Shown here in pieces: positions 1 to 9,642 of a stretch of 60,084 bases of DNA (positions are counted from its first letter, which is position 1; each line of letters opens with the position of its first letter). The notes beneath the pieces were generated by a model. The model made no database searches, was not told where the DNA came from, and saw only the letters and a program-made list of their open reading frames with translations. The DNA comes from Micrococcales bacterium (lineage in GTDB: Bacteria > Actinomycetota > Actinomycetes > S36-B12 > GCA-2699445): NCBI GenBank assembly GCA_032127075.1, contig JAQAZZ010000068.1:1-60084 (forward strand), given 5' to 3'. The position numbers and the translations under genes are program-made.

Positions 1-211
1 GGTCGGCCGGGAAGGACATCCCGGGCAGCCCGTCGTACTTCGCCGGGCTGTAGAGCCGCAAGGTGTCCCAGTGCCGGCGCCAGTTGTCGCCGATCCGGGC
101 GTTGCTGTCCAAGACGACGCAGGCGCGGCCCTGCTTCGTCAAGTGGTACGCCGTGGACAGGCCGGCCTGACCGGCCCCGATAATCACGGTCTCGATGTGT
201 TCGGTGAACAT
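1..211 (-). CDS. FAD-dependent oxidoreductase (flavin monooxygenase/CzcO-like), N-terminal part; runs off window
   Basis: Manual translation MFTEHIETVIIGAGQAGLSTAYHL...RIGDNWRRHWDTLRLYSPAKYDGLPG; GxGxxG motif; SD GGAGG; not in ORF track. Confidence 0.85.
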   Translation of the reverse strand, partial: MFTEHIETVIIGAGQAGLSTAYHLTKQGRACVVLDSNARIGDNWRRHWDTLRLYSPAKYDGLPGMSFPAD

Positions 212-271
212 GGTTCCTCCTGTCGTCGGATGATGCTCCGACGCTAGGAGGAGTGCAGCGCTCACCGCGTC

Positions 272-318
272 GGGCAGGATGCCCAACTGGTTCCGGCCGC
301 ATGGGTGGGTTGACCCAT
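272..318. promoter_or_regulatory. Pair of palindromic operator-like sites upstream of the oxidoreductase
   Basis: GGGCA-gga-TGCCC (272-284) and ATGGGT-gggttg-ACCCAT (301-318); minus-strand -10 TAGCGT at 241-246. Confidence 0.5.
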
Positions 319-746
319 CACGGGAGGCGCCCCCTCCGTGATCGCCCTGCTGAGCACGAGCCGGCGCCCTTCGCACCGGGGCCTTCATCGATAAGCACCG
401 GATTGGAGTGGTGCCAGTCCGTTCGGGTCCCTGGAGGACTTGGGGACAGATGCTTGACTGCTTCAGGCGCACGGCCCCTGCGGCTCTGTGAGTCCTTGGC
501 TGCGGTATCGAGGCTGGTGCGACCATGACCACACTCGTCGCAACCGTGTCCACAGGCGGCGGATAGACGCACAGGTCATGAGGGCCGAGGTCGTGTCCGG
601 TGAGGGCGGTGACGATCGCAGCTCCCGGACGATGCGGACGGTCGATCTCACGCAGCAACCCGGCCGCGATGTTGGGAGACTCAGCTCCTCATAGCTGATC
701 CGGCGATCCGAAGCTGGCCCAGAAGACACCACCGGGAGGTTCCCAC

Positions 747-1403
747 ATGACTGAGGGACTGGCTGAGGCAATCGCTGCAGCGGAGCGCGAGTGGCTCGAT
801 GACTGGCACGCCGGGCCCAGGCGCACGCGGTGGGAGCGGATCCCGCTCCAGCCCGGTGACGCGGCACCCGATGCCGAATTGGCCGACCATTCCGGGTCCC
901 TGCGACGCCTGTCCAGCTTCTGGGCCGACGGCCCGGCGGTGCTGCTGTTCTGGCGGCATTTCGGGTGCTCATGTGGCATCGACCGGGCAGCGCGGCTCCA
1001 GCACGAGTACGCGTCGTTCGTCGACTCCGGCGCCGCCGTGGTGGCCATCGGGATGGGCGAGCCGGAGCGAACGGCCCGGTACATCGATCAGGTGGGACTT
1101 CCCTGTCCGATGCTGTGCGACCCGGACCGGTCGGCCTACGCCGCGTACGACCTGCTCGAGGGATCGACAGCCCAGGTCCTGTTCGACGCCCCCGAGGACT
1201 TCCTGCGCTGCGAGCCCGAGGCAGGTGAGCGCCTCTCGGAGCAGCGCCACGGCACGGATCGCGCATCCGTGGACTCCCCATGGCAGATGCCCGGGGAGTT
1301 CGTGGTCGACGGTGGCGGCATCATCCGGCTGGCGTACCGCTACCAGTACTGCGAGGACTGGCCCGACCCACGGGTCCTCGCGGCAGCCGTGCACCTCTGC
1401 TGA
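747..1403 (+). CDS. AhpC/TSA-like (PRXL2/SelL-related) thioredoxin-fold redox protein
   Basis: LLFWRHFGCSCG, DPDRSAYAAY, WQMPGEFVVDGGGIIR; SD GGAGG. Confidence 0.8.
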   Translation: MTEGLAEAIAAAEREWLDDWHAGPRRTRWERIPLQPGDAAPDAELADHSGSLRRLSSFWADGPAVLLFWRHFGCSCGIDRAARLQHEYASFVDSGAAVVAIGMGEPERTARYIDQVGLPCPMLCDPDRSAYAAYDLLEGSTAQVLFDAPEDFLRCEPEAGERLSEQRHGTDRASVDSPWQMPGEFVVDGGGIIRLAYRYQYCEDWPDPRVLAAAVHLC

Positions 1404-1574
1404 TCGGTCTGGAACGAGACCCTCGAATGGCCCCGGCTTGCTCCTCGAGCCCACCCCCGCGGCGTGAGCGCGTCAACACGCGGCGGAAGGCCTCACCTGC
1501 GTTGGCGGGTCGACCGAGCAGGTCGGGCGATGATCCCGGGCTGGGAGCGTCATGGTGTGAGGCCGCCCGGGTGG

Positions 1575-1820
1575 TCAGCGGCTGGCCGTGCGCACCAGTG
1601 CCCGAAGGGCGTTCTCTACCTCGGCGGTGACAGCGAGGACTGCGTACGCGGTGGGCCAGAAGACACCGTCGTCGAGCTGGGCGTCCTCGTTGAACCCCAC
1701 GGTGCCGTAGCGGGTGTCGAACTTGGAGGCCGGCTGGAAGAAGACGACGACCTTGCCGTCACGGGCGTAGGACGGGAAGCCGTACCAGGTCTTCGGGTCC
1801 AGGTGCGGTGCCTCCTCGGT
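1575..1820 (-). pseudogene. DUF1801/YdhG-like protein, C-terminal half only
   Basis: Manual frame: TEEAPHLDPKTWYGFPSYARDGKVVVFFQPASKFDTRYGTVGFNEDAQLDDGVFWPTAYA...*; 5' part replaced by DctP sequence. Confidence 0.75.
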
Positions 1821-1821
1821 G

Positions 1822-2770
1822 CGTCGATGGCCGAGACCCCCCCGTCGAGTAGCACCTGCTTGTCGGCCTCAATGCGCCACACGCCGTCGATTGCGCCCTG
1901 GTCGCCCTTGAGGGTGATCTCGGGCACGGGCACGGTTGCCTGCTTCGCCGCGCAGGCGACCGGGGTGGCTGGTGGTGTGACGCTCTTGGCCAACTCGCGG
2001 ATCCGGGCGATCACCTCATGAGTCGTCGTCTCCCGCTGCATCGCTTGCACGACAGGCGCGGTCGCTGCCTTCATCGCAGCCATGTCGTCAGGCGTCGCGA
2101 CCACGATGTCGCCGAAACCCTGGGAGCAGTAGGCCGCAGCCATCTCAGCTGGATCGCTGTGCCTGGCAGCCATCCACTCGCGGGTCTGGGAGGCTGCGTC
2201 CCGCAGCGCCTGCTGCTGGGCCGCGGACAGGCCCGCGCACACCTTCTCGTTGGCCACGATCACGTTGGCGCGCGCGAACGCCGGCTCATTCGCCGCCAGG
2301 GCCCCCCCGTTCCGCGGGTCGGAGGTGGCCCCCAGGGCCTGGGTCAGGAGGTCGTTGGCCCTGCTCGGCCGCACCTGGAATGCCTCCCCCCGGTAATCCT
2401 CGGGTGAGAGCAGCGGCCCGCCGAACCCGCCCGGATAGGCCAGGAAGTCGAAAGCGAGCCCGAGGCCCACAAGTCCGAGTTCCTTGGTCCCGTCGAGCAT
2501 TTCCCCAGCGACCGGATCGGCCAGGACCTTGTCCAGGAGTTCGTTCGACGTGACCAAGTAGGGGGCCTGCAGGGCCTGGAACGAGGTCACTCCCAGTGTG
2601 TCGAAGGTGCGTGCGGAGACGACCCCGAGGTCCGCTCGGTCGTCGCGCACCATCGCGATCGCCTCGGCCGAGGTGTCCGGCCTACCGCTGTCGGGTTCAG
2701 GTCCCGCATTGATCGTGATCGATCCGTTCGACAGGCTCTTGGCCAGTTCGCTGAACTTCACGAGCTGGTC
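1822..2770 (-). pseudogene. TRAP transporter substrate-binding protein (DctP-like) remnant
   Basis: DLGVVSARTFDTLGVTSFQALQAPYL, LTQALGA, LSAAQQQALRDAA; lacks signal peptide/N-terminus; truncated at both ends. Confidence 0.7.
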
Positions 2771-2771
2771 C

Positions 2772-3350
2772 TTTGAGGAGTGGGCCGGGATCTGGCTGTC
2801 CAGGAAACGGGACGAAGGCTGTCGAGAGAACACCCTCTACGGCTACAAGATTGACCTGATCCGACCGAAGGCTGCGTTCGCCAAGGCCCGTATCCAAGAC
2901 GTCACCGACGAGATGATCCAGGACGTCGTCCGAATCATGCGGGACGACGGTCTGGCACGACGGACCAGCGCCAAGATGCTCACGACCGTGCGAGCCGTGT
3001 TCGACCTTGCCCTTCGCAAGGGCGTGGTCCGCTTCAACCCTGCACTTGAGGTTGCGCCCATGGGGCGGCCGGCTAGGGAGCGAGACGCGCTCACGACGGC
3101 CGAACTCGAGAAGTTGCGAAAGGCCATCCAAGGTGATCCGTGGGAGGCATGCTGGATGCTGACGCTCGCGGGCCTTCGTCGATCCGAGCTCCTGGGACTC
3201 CGCTGGAGCGACTTCAATGACCGGACCGGGGAGTTGAGCGTCAACAAGGGGCGCGTGCCACGCGGTGGGATAGGCAAGCCCAAGACCGCACGCGGCTACC
3301 GAGTCCTTCCCCTTGATCAGGAACGCATCGACCTGTTGGTGGCCCTGCTG
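2772..3350 (+). pseudogene. Tyrosine recombinase/integrase fragment
   Basis: Core-binding domain (FEEWAGIWL...GVVRFNPA) plus box I LAGLRRSELLGLRWSD and PKT; no HxxR box or catalytic Tyr before stop at 3416. Confidence 0.85.
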
Positions 3351-3493
3351 CATGGCATAGCGGGCCGTCAGGGGCTTCGAATGTGGACTCGAAACGGCCT
3401 GCCCGGGACGCCGTAGCTACAAGTTAGTTACGAGCCGCATCCCTGGCGGGGTATCCGAGGAGGCCGATTCGGGACAGATTCGTGCTCAGAATG

Positions 3494-3569
3494 TGGAGCC
3501 GACGCCCGGACTCGAACCGGGAACCACCTGTTTACAAGACAGGTGCGCTGCCAATTGCGCCACGCCGGC
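3494..3569 (-). tRNA. tRNA-Thr(UGU)
   Basis: GCCGGCG acceptor, anticodon arm CCTGT-CTTGTAA-ACAGG, GGTTCGAGTCC T-arm, encoded CCA; 76 nt. Confidence 0.97.
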
Positions 3570-3765
3570 GATGGGAAGAGTGTAGTCGCGCGCGATCGTC
3601 TCCGGACACGACCCGGGCTCTCGGCCGCTTGAGTCCGGGTCGCCAACGACCGGCCGATACGGGGAATGCCTTCTGGGCCACGGGGTCTCCCGGATCAACG
3701 CCGCCGGAGGTGGATCTCAACGCGGGCGGCGGTTCATCGTTTCGGCAGTTGATGGGTTCAGCGGC

Positions 3766-4689
3766 TCAGGGGTTGCGAAGCCGGTCCAGCGCGATGGCTG
3801 TTGCCACCGATGCGTTGAGGGATTCGGTGGTATCCGCGATCGGGATGGTCGCCAGCACATCGCAGTTCTCCGAAACGAGCCTCGATAGCCCCGCGGCCTC
3901 GCTGCCGACCACGAGGGCCACCGGTTGATCCAACAGATCCGCGTCCATCCGGGCCAGGGGAGTGCCCCCGGCGGCGGCCAACCCCACCACCAGGAACCCG
4001 GCCTTCTTCACCGAGGCGAGGGAGCGGGCCAGGTTCACCACGCGGCTCACCGGCACCCGGGACAGCGCTCCGGCCGACGACCGCCATCCCGCAGCGCTCA
4101 CACCCGCGGCGCGCCTGTTCGGCACTACCAGGCCGGATACGCCGAATGCCGCCGCCGACCGGGCAATCGCACCGAGGTTTCGGCCATCCTGCAGGTGGTC
4201 GAGCACCACGATGATTCGATGGTGGCTCTCCCCGAGGGGGGCGTTCGCGATCACATCGTGCAGCTCCGCGTATTCGTACGGGGCCACCAGCAGCGCTATC
4301 CCCTGGTGCGGGAGGCCGTCGGCAAGACGGTCCAGCTCAAGCTTGTTGCGCACGGACAGCGGCACCCCTGCCTGCGCGGCGGCGGCCTTGGCGCGGATCG
4401 TGCGGGAGTCGTCGGTGAGGAAATCGCCCACCGCCAGCTCCACCGCGGGCACACCGGCGGCGAGGGCCTCGTCGACGGCGTTGCGGCCCAGGATGACTTC
4501 GCGGCGCTCCTTGCCGTCGGGGCGGGACCGGCGCTGGGGCCTGCGGGCGGCGGGGTGACCCGGCCGGTCCTTGGCCTTGGGAGTCGGGCCCTTGCCCGAA
4601 AGCCCCTGCTTGCGCTGACCGCCGGAGCCGACGAGGGCGCCCTTCTTCGATTTGCGCACCGCGCCGCGGCGCGAGGAATTGCCGGCCAT
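3766..4689 (-). CDS. rlmB: 23S rRNA (Gm2251) methyltransferase
   Basis: MAGNSSRRGAVRK start, HQGIAL, NLGAIARSAAAFG, ESLNASVA SPOUT motifs; follows cysS. Confidence 0.95.
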   Translation of the reverse strand: MAGNSSRRGAVRKSKKGALVGSGGQRKQGLSGKGPTPKAKDRPGHPAARRPQRRSRPDGKERREVILGRNAVDEALAAGVPAVELAVGDFLTDDSRTIRAKAAAAQAGVPLSVRNKLELDRLADGLPHQGIALLVAPYEYAELHDVIANAPLGESHHRIIVVLDHLQDGRNLGAIARSAAAFGVSGLVVPNRRAAGVSAAGWRSSAGALSRVPVSRVVNLARSLASVKKAGFLVVGLAAAGGTPLARMDADLLDQPVALVVGSEAAGLSRLVSENCDVLATIPIADTTESLNASVATAIALDRLRNP

Positions 4690-4690
4690 A

Positions 4691-6088
4691 TCAGCCCCTG
4701 GTCTCGGTGAAGGTCCATGTGGAACCGGTGGGACCGTCCTCGATGGCGAGGCCGATCTCGTGCAGTGTGTCGCGGATAGCGTCGGCGGTGGCGAAGTCGC
4801 GGGCGACACGCGCGTCATTGCGCTGGGCCAGCAGGCGCGGCACCAGTTGTTCCAGGGCCCGCTCGCCCCGACTGTCCCGGGACTCGCGCCAGATCTCGTC
4901 CAGCGGGTCCACCCCCAGGATCCCCGCCATCAGTCGCACCGCGCCGAACTGCTCGGCTGCTTCCCCCCCGGCAGCGAGTGCCTCGTTGCCCGCGGTCACC
5001 GTCTCGTGCAGCACGGCCAGGGCAGCGGGAACGCCGAGGTCGTCATCCATAGCAGCCGCGAACTGTTGCGGGACCGTGTACGCGCCCGGGTCGACCTGGC
5101 CGCACCGGTCGCCCGCCCGACGTGCGAACGACTCGATGCGGCGGAACCCCGCGGCCGCCTCATCCAGCGACTGCGGCGAGAACTCCAGCGTCGATCGGTA
5201 ATGGGCCGAGCCCATGTAGTAGCGCAACTCGACGGGGCGGACCCGCTTGACCAACTCGCCGACCAGCATCGAGTTGCCGAGCGACTTGCTCATCTTCTCC
5301 CCGGCCAGGGTCAGCCAGCTGTTGTGCATCCAGTAGCGCGCAAACGGATCGCCCGCCGCCCGTGACTGGGCCAGTTCGTTCTCGTGGTGCGGGAACACGA
5401 GGTCCAAGCCGCCGCCGTGGATGTCGAACTCGGTTCCGCAGTACTTCACCGCCATCGCGGAGCATTCCAGGTGCCAGCCGGGGCGTCCTGCGCCCCACGG
5501 GGTCGGCCACGACGGCTCCCCCGGTTTGGCGCCCTTCCACAGCGCGAAATCCCGCGGATCGCGCTTGGTGCCGGTGCCGGTGTCACCCGCGGGTTTCATC
5601 TCGTCGAGCCGCTGCCGGCTCAGCGCCCCGTACTCGGACCAGGAACCCACATCGAAATACACATCGCCGCCGTCGGTGGCGTATGCATGCCCGGCGTCGA
5701 TCAGCCGCTGCATCAGCACGATCATCTCGGGCACATGGCCGGTCGCCCGCGGCTCGTAGGTCGGCGGCAGCACCCCGAGCAGGGTGTAGGCGTCGTCGAA
5801 GCGCTGTTCGTGCAAGTACGCCCACGCCCACCACGGTGCGCCCGCCTCGGCGGATTTGCGCAGGATCTTGTCGTCGATGTCGGTGACGTTGCGGATCAGC
5901 GTGACGTCGTAGCCGCCGTGGGTGAGCCAGCGGCGCAGGATGTCGAAGGCGATCGCCGAGCGCATGTGGCCGATGTGCGGGTCTGACTGCACTGTCGCGC
6001 CGCAGACGTAGATGGACGCCTTGCCCGGAGTCACGGGGACGAACTCTCGCATTCGGCGCGAGGCGGTGTCATGGATCTGCAGCGTCAC
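4691..6088 (-). CDS. cysS: Cysteine--tRNA ligase
   Basis: [26 protein letters not shown]. Confidence 0.98.
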   Translation of the reverse strand: MTLQIHDTASRRMREFVPVTPGKASIYVCGATVQSDPHIGHMRSAIAFDILRRWLTHGGYDVTLIRNVTDIDDKILRKSAEAGAPWWAWAYLHEQRFDDAYTLLGVLPPTYEPRATGHVPEMIVLMQRLIDAGHAYATDGGDVYFDVGSWSEYGALSRQRLDEMKPAGDTGTGTKRDPRDFALWKGAKPGEPSWPTPWGAGRPGWHLECSAMAVKYCGTEFDIHGGGLDLVFPHHENELAQSRAAGDPFARYWMHNSWLTLAGEKMSKSLGNSMLVGELVKRVRPVELRYYMGSAHYRSTLEFSPQSLDEAAAGFRRIESFARRAGDRCGQVDPGAYTVPQQFAAAMDDDLGVPAALAVLHETVTAGNEALAAGGEAAEQFGAVRLMAGILGVDPLDEIWRESRDSRGERALEQLVPRLLAQRNDARVARDFATADAIRDTLHEIGLAIEDGPTGSTWTFTETRG

Positions 6089-6124
6089 CCGTCAAGGCTA
6101 GCGACACCCTGGCCACCGGGTGGC

Positions 6125-6607
6125 TCAGGAGGAGCGGATGGCGACCAGGGCGGTGGCGATGGCCGCCAAACCCTCCCCGCGGCCGGTGAGTCCCAGACCG
6201 TCGGTGGTTGTGGCGCTGACATGGACGTGGCAGCCGGCGGCGCGCGACATGGCGGCGCAGGCCTCGTCCCGCCGCGGCGACAATTTCGGCCGGTTGCCGA
6301 TGACCTGGACCGATACGTTCTGCGGGGAGTGGCCCGCGGCGCGCAGTCGCGCCGCCGTCTCGGCCAGCAGTCGAGCGCCGCTCGCGCCGGCCCACTCGGG
6401 GTCGTCGGTGCCGAAGTTGGAGCCGAGATCCCCCTGGCCGGCGGCGGCGAAGAGCGCGTCGCACGCCGCGTGGGCCGCCACGTCCGCATCGCTGTGCCCC
6501 GACAGCCCGGGTTCGCCGGGCCATTCCAGCGTGGCCACGAACAGTGGGCGGTCCCCATCGAAACGGTGGACGTCCACGCCGATTCCTACCCGCAAGTCAG
6601 TGAACAC
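6125..6607 (-). CDS. ispF: 2-C-methyl-D-erythritol 2,4-cyclodiphosphate synthase
   Basis: [28 protein letters not shown]. Confidence 0.97.
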   Translation of the reverse strand: MFTDLRVGIGVDVHRFDGDRPLFVATLEWPGEPGLSGHSDADVAAHAACDALFAAAGQGDLGSNFGTDDPEWAGASGARLLAETAARLRAAGHSPQNVSVQVIGNRPKLSPRRDEACAAMSRAAGCHVHVSATTTDGLGLTGRGEGLAAIATALVAIRSS

Positions 6608-7289
6608 GCCCAGACCTCCTGCGCACGATGGCTTCGGCGACGAGCAGATCGATCGGGCGGGTCACCTTCATGGCTTCCTCGTCACCGGGGACCACGATCA
6701 CCGGAACGCCCAATCGCTCCACCAGACCGGTGTCGTCGGTGGCTGCGGCCGGGTCCTGCGCCAGAGCTGCACGCAGGACGTCGGCGGCGAATCCCTGGGG
6801 GGTCTGCGCGGCACGCAACTGTGACCGGTCCACGGTGCGCACGACCCGCCCCGCTTCATCGACCTGCTTGACGGTGTCCACAACGGGTATCACCGGCACC
6901 ACGGCGGGCGCTCCGGCTGCGACGGATGCGATGACCCGGTCGATGACCTCCGGGGGCACCAGCGGCCGGGCGGCGTCATGGATGAGGATGGTCGTGCAGG
7001 ACGGGGGGAGTGCCTCGACGGCGCGCGCTACTGATTCGGTACGGGTGCCGCCACCGGCGACGACTGCGACGTGCTGGTCCAGCCGCAGCGAATGCATCGC
7101 GGCGGAGATGGCTGCAGCCCCGTCCTCCGGTGCGGCGATCACGATGTCCGTCACAGACCTGGACTGCGCGATGGCCCGTACCGCATGTTCCAGGATGGTG
7201 GCCCCCGCGAGAGTTCGCAGCGCCTTGGGGGTACCGCCGCCCATACGCTCGCCGCGCCCCGCTGCCGGGATGACGCAGCCGACACTCAT
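6597..7289 (-). CDS. ispD: MEP cytidylyltransferase
   Basis: [26 protein letters not shown]. Confidence 0.97.
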   Translation of the reverse strand: MSVGCVIPAAGRGERMGGGTPKALRTLAGATILEHAVRAIAQSRSVTDIVIAAPEDGAAAISAAMHSLRLDQHVAVVAGGGTRTESVARAVEALPPSCTTILIHDAARPLVPPEVIDRVIASVAAGAPAVVPVIPVVDTVKQVDEAGRVVRTVDRSQLRAAQTPQGFAADVLRAALAQDPAAATDDTGLVERLGVPVIVVPGDEEAMKVTRPIDLLVAEAIVRRRSGRVH

Positions 7290-7323
7290 GCAGCATCCGC
7301 CAGCAAGTGTGGACCGAGGGGTT

Positions 7324-7806
7324 TCAGGACGCCAGGACCTCGTCGAGGAGGGCTTCCGCCTTGTCCTCGTTGGTCTTCTCCGCGAGCGCCAACTCGCTGA
7401 CCAGCACGGCCCGGGCTTTGCTCAGCATCCGCTTCTCCCCGGCCGATAGGCCGCGGTCCTGGTCACGGCGCCACAGATCCCTGATCACTTCGGCGACCTT
7501 GACCACGTCGCCAGAAGCGAGCTTCTCCAAGTTGGCCTTGTATCGGCGCGACCAGTTCGTGGGCTCTTCGACGTAGGGCTGCCGCAGGACTTCGAAGACC
7601 CGGTCCAGGCCCTCGGAGCTGACCACATCGCGCACCCCGACCAGGTCGACGTTCTCCGCGGGAACCCGCACGATCAGATCGCCTTGCTGCACGCGTAGGA
7701 CGAGGATATCCCGGGCCCGCCCATTCACGGATTTGCTTTCGATGGCGTCAATCAGTGCAGCCCCGTGATGGGGATAAACGACAGTGTCGCCGACCTTGAA
7801 AGTCAT
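7324..7806 (-). CDS. carD: CarD RNA polymerase-binding regulator
   Basis: [17 protein letters not shown]...[13 protein letters not shown]; upstream of ispD. Confidence 0.97.
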   Translation of the reverse strand: MTFKVGDTVVYPHHGAALIDAIESKSVNGRARDILVLRVQQGDLIVRVPAENVDLVGVRDVVSSEGLDRVFEVLRQPYVEEPTNWSRRYKANLEKLASGDVVKVAEVIRDLWRRDQDRGLSAGEKRMLSKARAVLVSELALAEKTNEDKAEALLDEVLAS

Positions 7807-7838
7807 TGTGTAGAGACCCCTTTCGCGGGTTCCCAGGA

Positions 7839-7866
7839 TAACACGGCGGTATCGGCGACCCATTCC
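7839..7866 (-). promoter_or_regulatory. SigH/SigR-type promoter for carD
   Basis: GGAAT-N19-GTTA on minus strand, overlapping a TATCCT -10. Confidence 0.55.
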
Positions 7867-7944
7867 GCGAAGATCGTCCCGGGGGGCTCCCACAGGGTGC
7901 CGCCCGGTGTGCCACGGGCCGGTGGCGACGGCGACAATGGCGGT

Positions 7945-8166
7945 ATGGACAACTTCGCGGTTCCCGACGACGCGCGCGAACTCGACGCCGATCGCGACGC
8001 ATTCCTGCGGGAGTTGGCCGCCCGCCGCCGGTCGCTGCTGGCGTCCACGCGGTGGGCTGAGGCGGTCGGCCGGGACCCGGCAGCCCCCGGCACCGGGGCC
8101 GCCGCGGCCATCATGGCCGGCGTCGCCGTCGTCTGTGTCCTGAGCCGTATCGCAGTGGGCGGCTGA
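7945..8166 (+). CDS. Small hypothetical protein with C-terminal hydrophobic segment
   Basis: [24 protein letters not shown]; GACAAT -10 six nt before ATG (leaderless-type start). Confidence 0.55.
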   Translation: MDNFAVPDDARELDADRDAFLRELAARRRSLLASTRWAEAVGRDPAAPGTGAAAAIMAGVAVVCVLSRIAVGG

Positions 8167-8284
8167 GAATCGGCGCGAGCCTCTTGGACGGCGGGGGCCC
8201 CATCGGACGGCGCGAGGCCCCACCGAGTAGTCCGCGGGTGCCCGGTTGGCTACGCTGTCGTGCGACATCGAAGGGGAGGCCACA

Positions 8285-8941
8285 GTGGCGTTTTCGGTTA
8301 TCAGGGCTGCGGCCGTCGCGGCATTGGGAATGCCGCTGCTCACCGGCTGCTACATCACGCAAGATGCCGCCACATTGACGCAGGGCGACTCCGGCAACGG
8401 GGCCTCCGTCGCGGTGGCGGGCATGCAGATCAAGAATGCGACGCTGGTTGCCGGTGATCCCGACTCCGGCAAGGCCGCGCTGCTCGCAACGGTGTACAAC
8501 CCGACGGAGGAGCCCGACGAGTTGACGGCCGTCAGCGCCGACGGCGCACCGGCCAAACTCTTGCCCGAGCCGATCCCGGTTCCGCCGATGTCGGCGGTGG
8601 CGGTCAGGACCGGGTCCGACGCCCAGGCCGACTTCACAGACCTGGACGCAGAAACGGGCACCTATGTGTCGGTGAGCCTCGTCTTCACGTCAGCGGCACA
8701 GGCTGACTTCGGCGCACTCCTGGTCCCTCCCACGGGCTTCTACTTCGATGCCGCCCCCGAGGGTACGAAGGAGATCGCCGAGGAAGAAGCCGCCGGCGGA
8801 GAAGGTGCCGCTGGAGAAGAAGCCGCCGCTGGAGAAGAAGCCGCCGGCGAGGAGGCCGCTGGAGAAGAAGCCGCGGGCGAGCAGCCCGGCGGCGAGGAGG
8901 AATCGGTCAGCGGGGAAGGTTCCACTCCCGCCGCGGAATAG
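8285..8941 (+). CDS. Lipoprotein (LpqE-like) with acidic repeat tail
   Basis: Lipobox LLTGC after GTG with GGAGG SD; position next to carD/regX3. Confidence 0.75.
   Translation: MAFSVIRAAAVAALGMPLLTGCYITQDAATLTQGDSGNGASVAVAGMQIKNATLVAGDPDSGKAALLATVYNPTEEPDELTAVSADGAPAKLLPEPIPVPPMSAVAVRTGSDAQADFTDLDAETGTYVSVSLVFTSAAQADFGALLVPPTGFYFDAAPEGTKEIAEEEAAGGEGAAGEEAAAGEEAAGEEAAGEEAAGEQPGGEEESVSGEGSTPAAE
8779..8900 (+). repeat. Imperfect 15-18 bp coding tandem repeat (GEEAAA units)
   Basis: gctggagaagaagccgcc-like units repeated about 6 times. Confidence 0.85.
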
Positions 8942-8955
8942 CTGCCGGGGATCGT

Positions 8956-9642
8956 TCAGTCGTCGAATTTGTAGCCGAGCCCCCGAACAGTCAGCAGGTA
9001 CCTCGGGTTGCCCGGGTCTGGCTCCACTTTGGAGCGCAACCGCTTGATGTGAACGTCAAGGGTCTTGGTGTCGCCGACGTAGTCAGACCCCCACACCCGG
9101 TCGATCAACTGGCCGCGGGTCAGCACCCTGCCCACGTTGCGCACCAACAGGGACAGCAGGTCGAACTCCTTGAGCGGCAGGTTGACCTCCTCGCCGTCAA
9201 CCGTCACCACATGCCGGTCGATGTCTATGCGGACCGGGCCGGCGGCGATGATCGTGTCCGAATTGGCTGCGGACTCACCGGGGGCGCCCCGGCGCAGCAC
9301 GGCTTTTATGCGCGCGGTCAGCTCCCTGGTGGAGAAGGGTTTTGTCACGTAGTCGTCGGCGCCGAGCTCCAGGCCGACCACCTTGTCCACCTCCGAGTCC
9401 TTGGCCGTGAGCATGATGATCGGCACCTGGGACGATTGGCGGATCGTGCGGCACACCTCGGTTCCGGATATCCCCGGCAGCATCAGATCGAGCAGGATCA
9501 GATCGGCGCCCTCCCTGCCGAAGCTGTCCAGAGCCGTGTGCCCGTCGGCCGCGGCGACCACGTCGAAGCCCTCCTTGCGGAGCATGAACCCCACCGCATC
9601 GCGGATCGACTCCTCATCCTCGACGACCATGATCCTTGTCAT
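8956..9642 (-). CDS. regX3: Response regulator RegX3/PhoP
   Basis: OmpR-family receiver plus wHTH, DYVGDTKTLDVHIKRLRSK; next to senX3/phoU. Confidence 0.95.
   Translation of the reverse strand: MTRIMVVEDEESIRDAVGFMLRKEGFDVVAAADGHTALDSFGREGADLILLDLMLPGISGTEVCRTIRQSSQVPIIMLTAKDSEVDKVVGLELGADDYVTKPFSTRELTARIKAVLRRGAPGESAANSDTIIAAGPVRIDIDRHVVTVDGEEVNLPLKEFDLLSLLVRNVGRVLTRGQLIDRVWGSDYVGDTKTLDVHIKRLRSKVEPDPGNPRYLLTVRGLGYKFDD

Larger units (their letters stand above)
1..3493. mobile_element. Decayed tRNA-Thr-integrated genomic island (left boundary outside window or unresolved)
   Basis: Integrase remnant pointing at the tRNA 3' end, several abutting gene fragments; core synteny resumes at the tRNA. 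Confidence 0.7.

Noticed and set aside
400-740. Possible additional gene fragment between the oxidoreductase promoter and the redox gene
   Set aside because: No recognisable motif in the frames examined; would need blastx
1398-1425. Possible selenocysteine read-through at the TGA of the redox protein (Cys-TGA followed by a GGTCT/AGACC hairpin; ORF 1464-2021 is in frame)
   Set aside because: The domain is already complete, the hairpin is too close and short for a convincing SECIS, and the downstream frame is antisense to the DUF1801/DctP remnants
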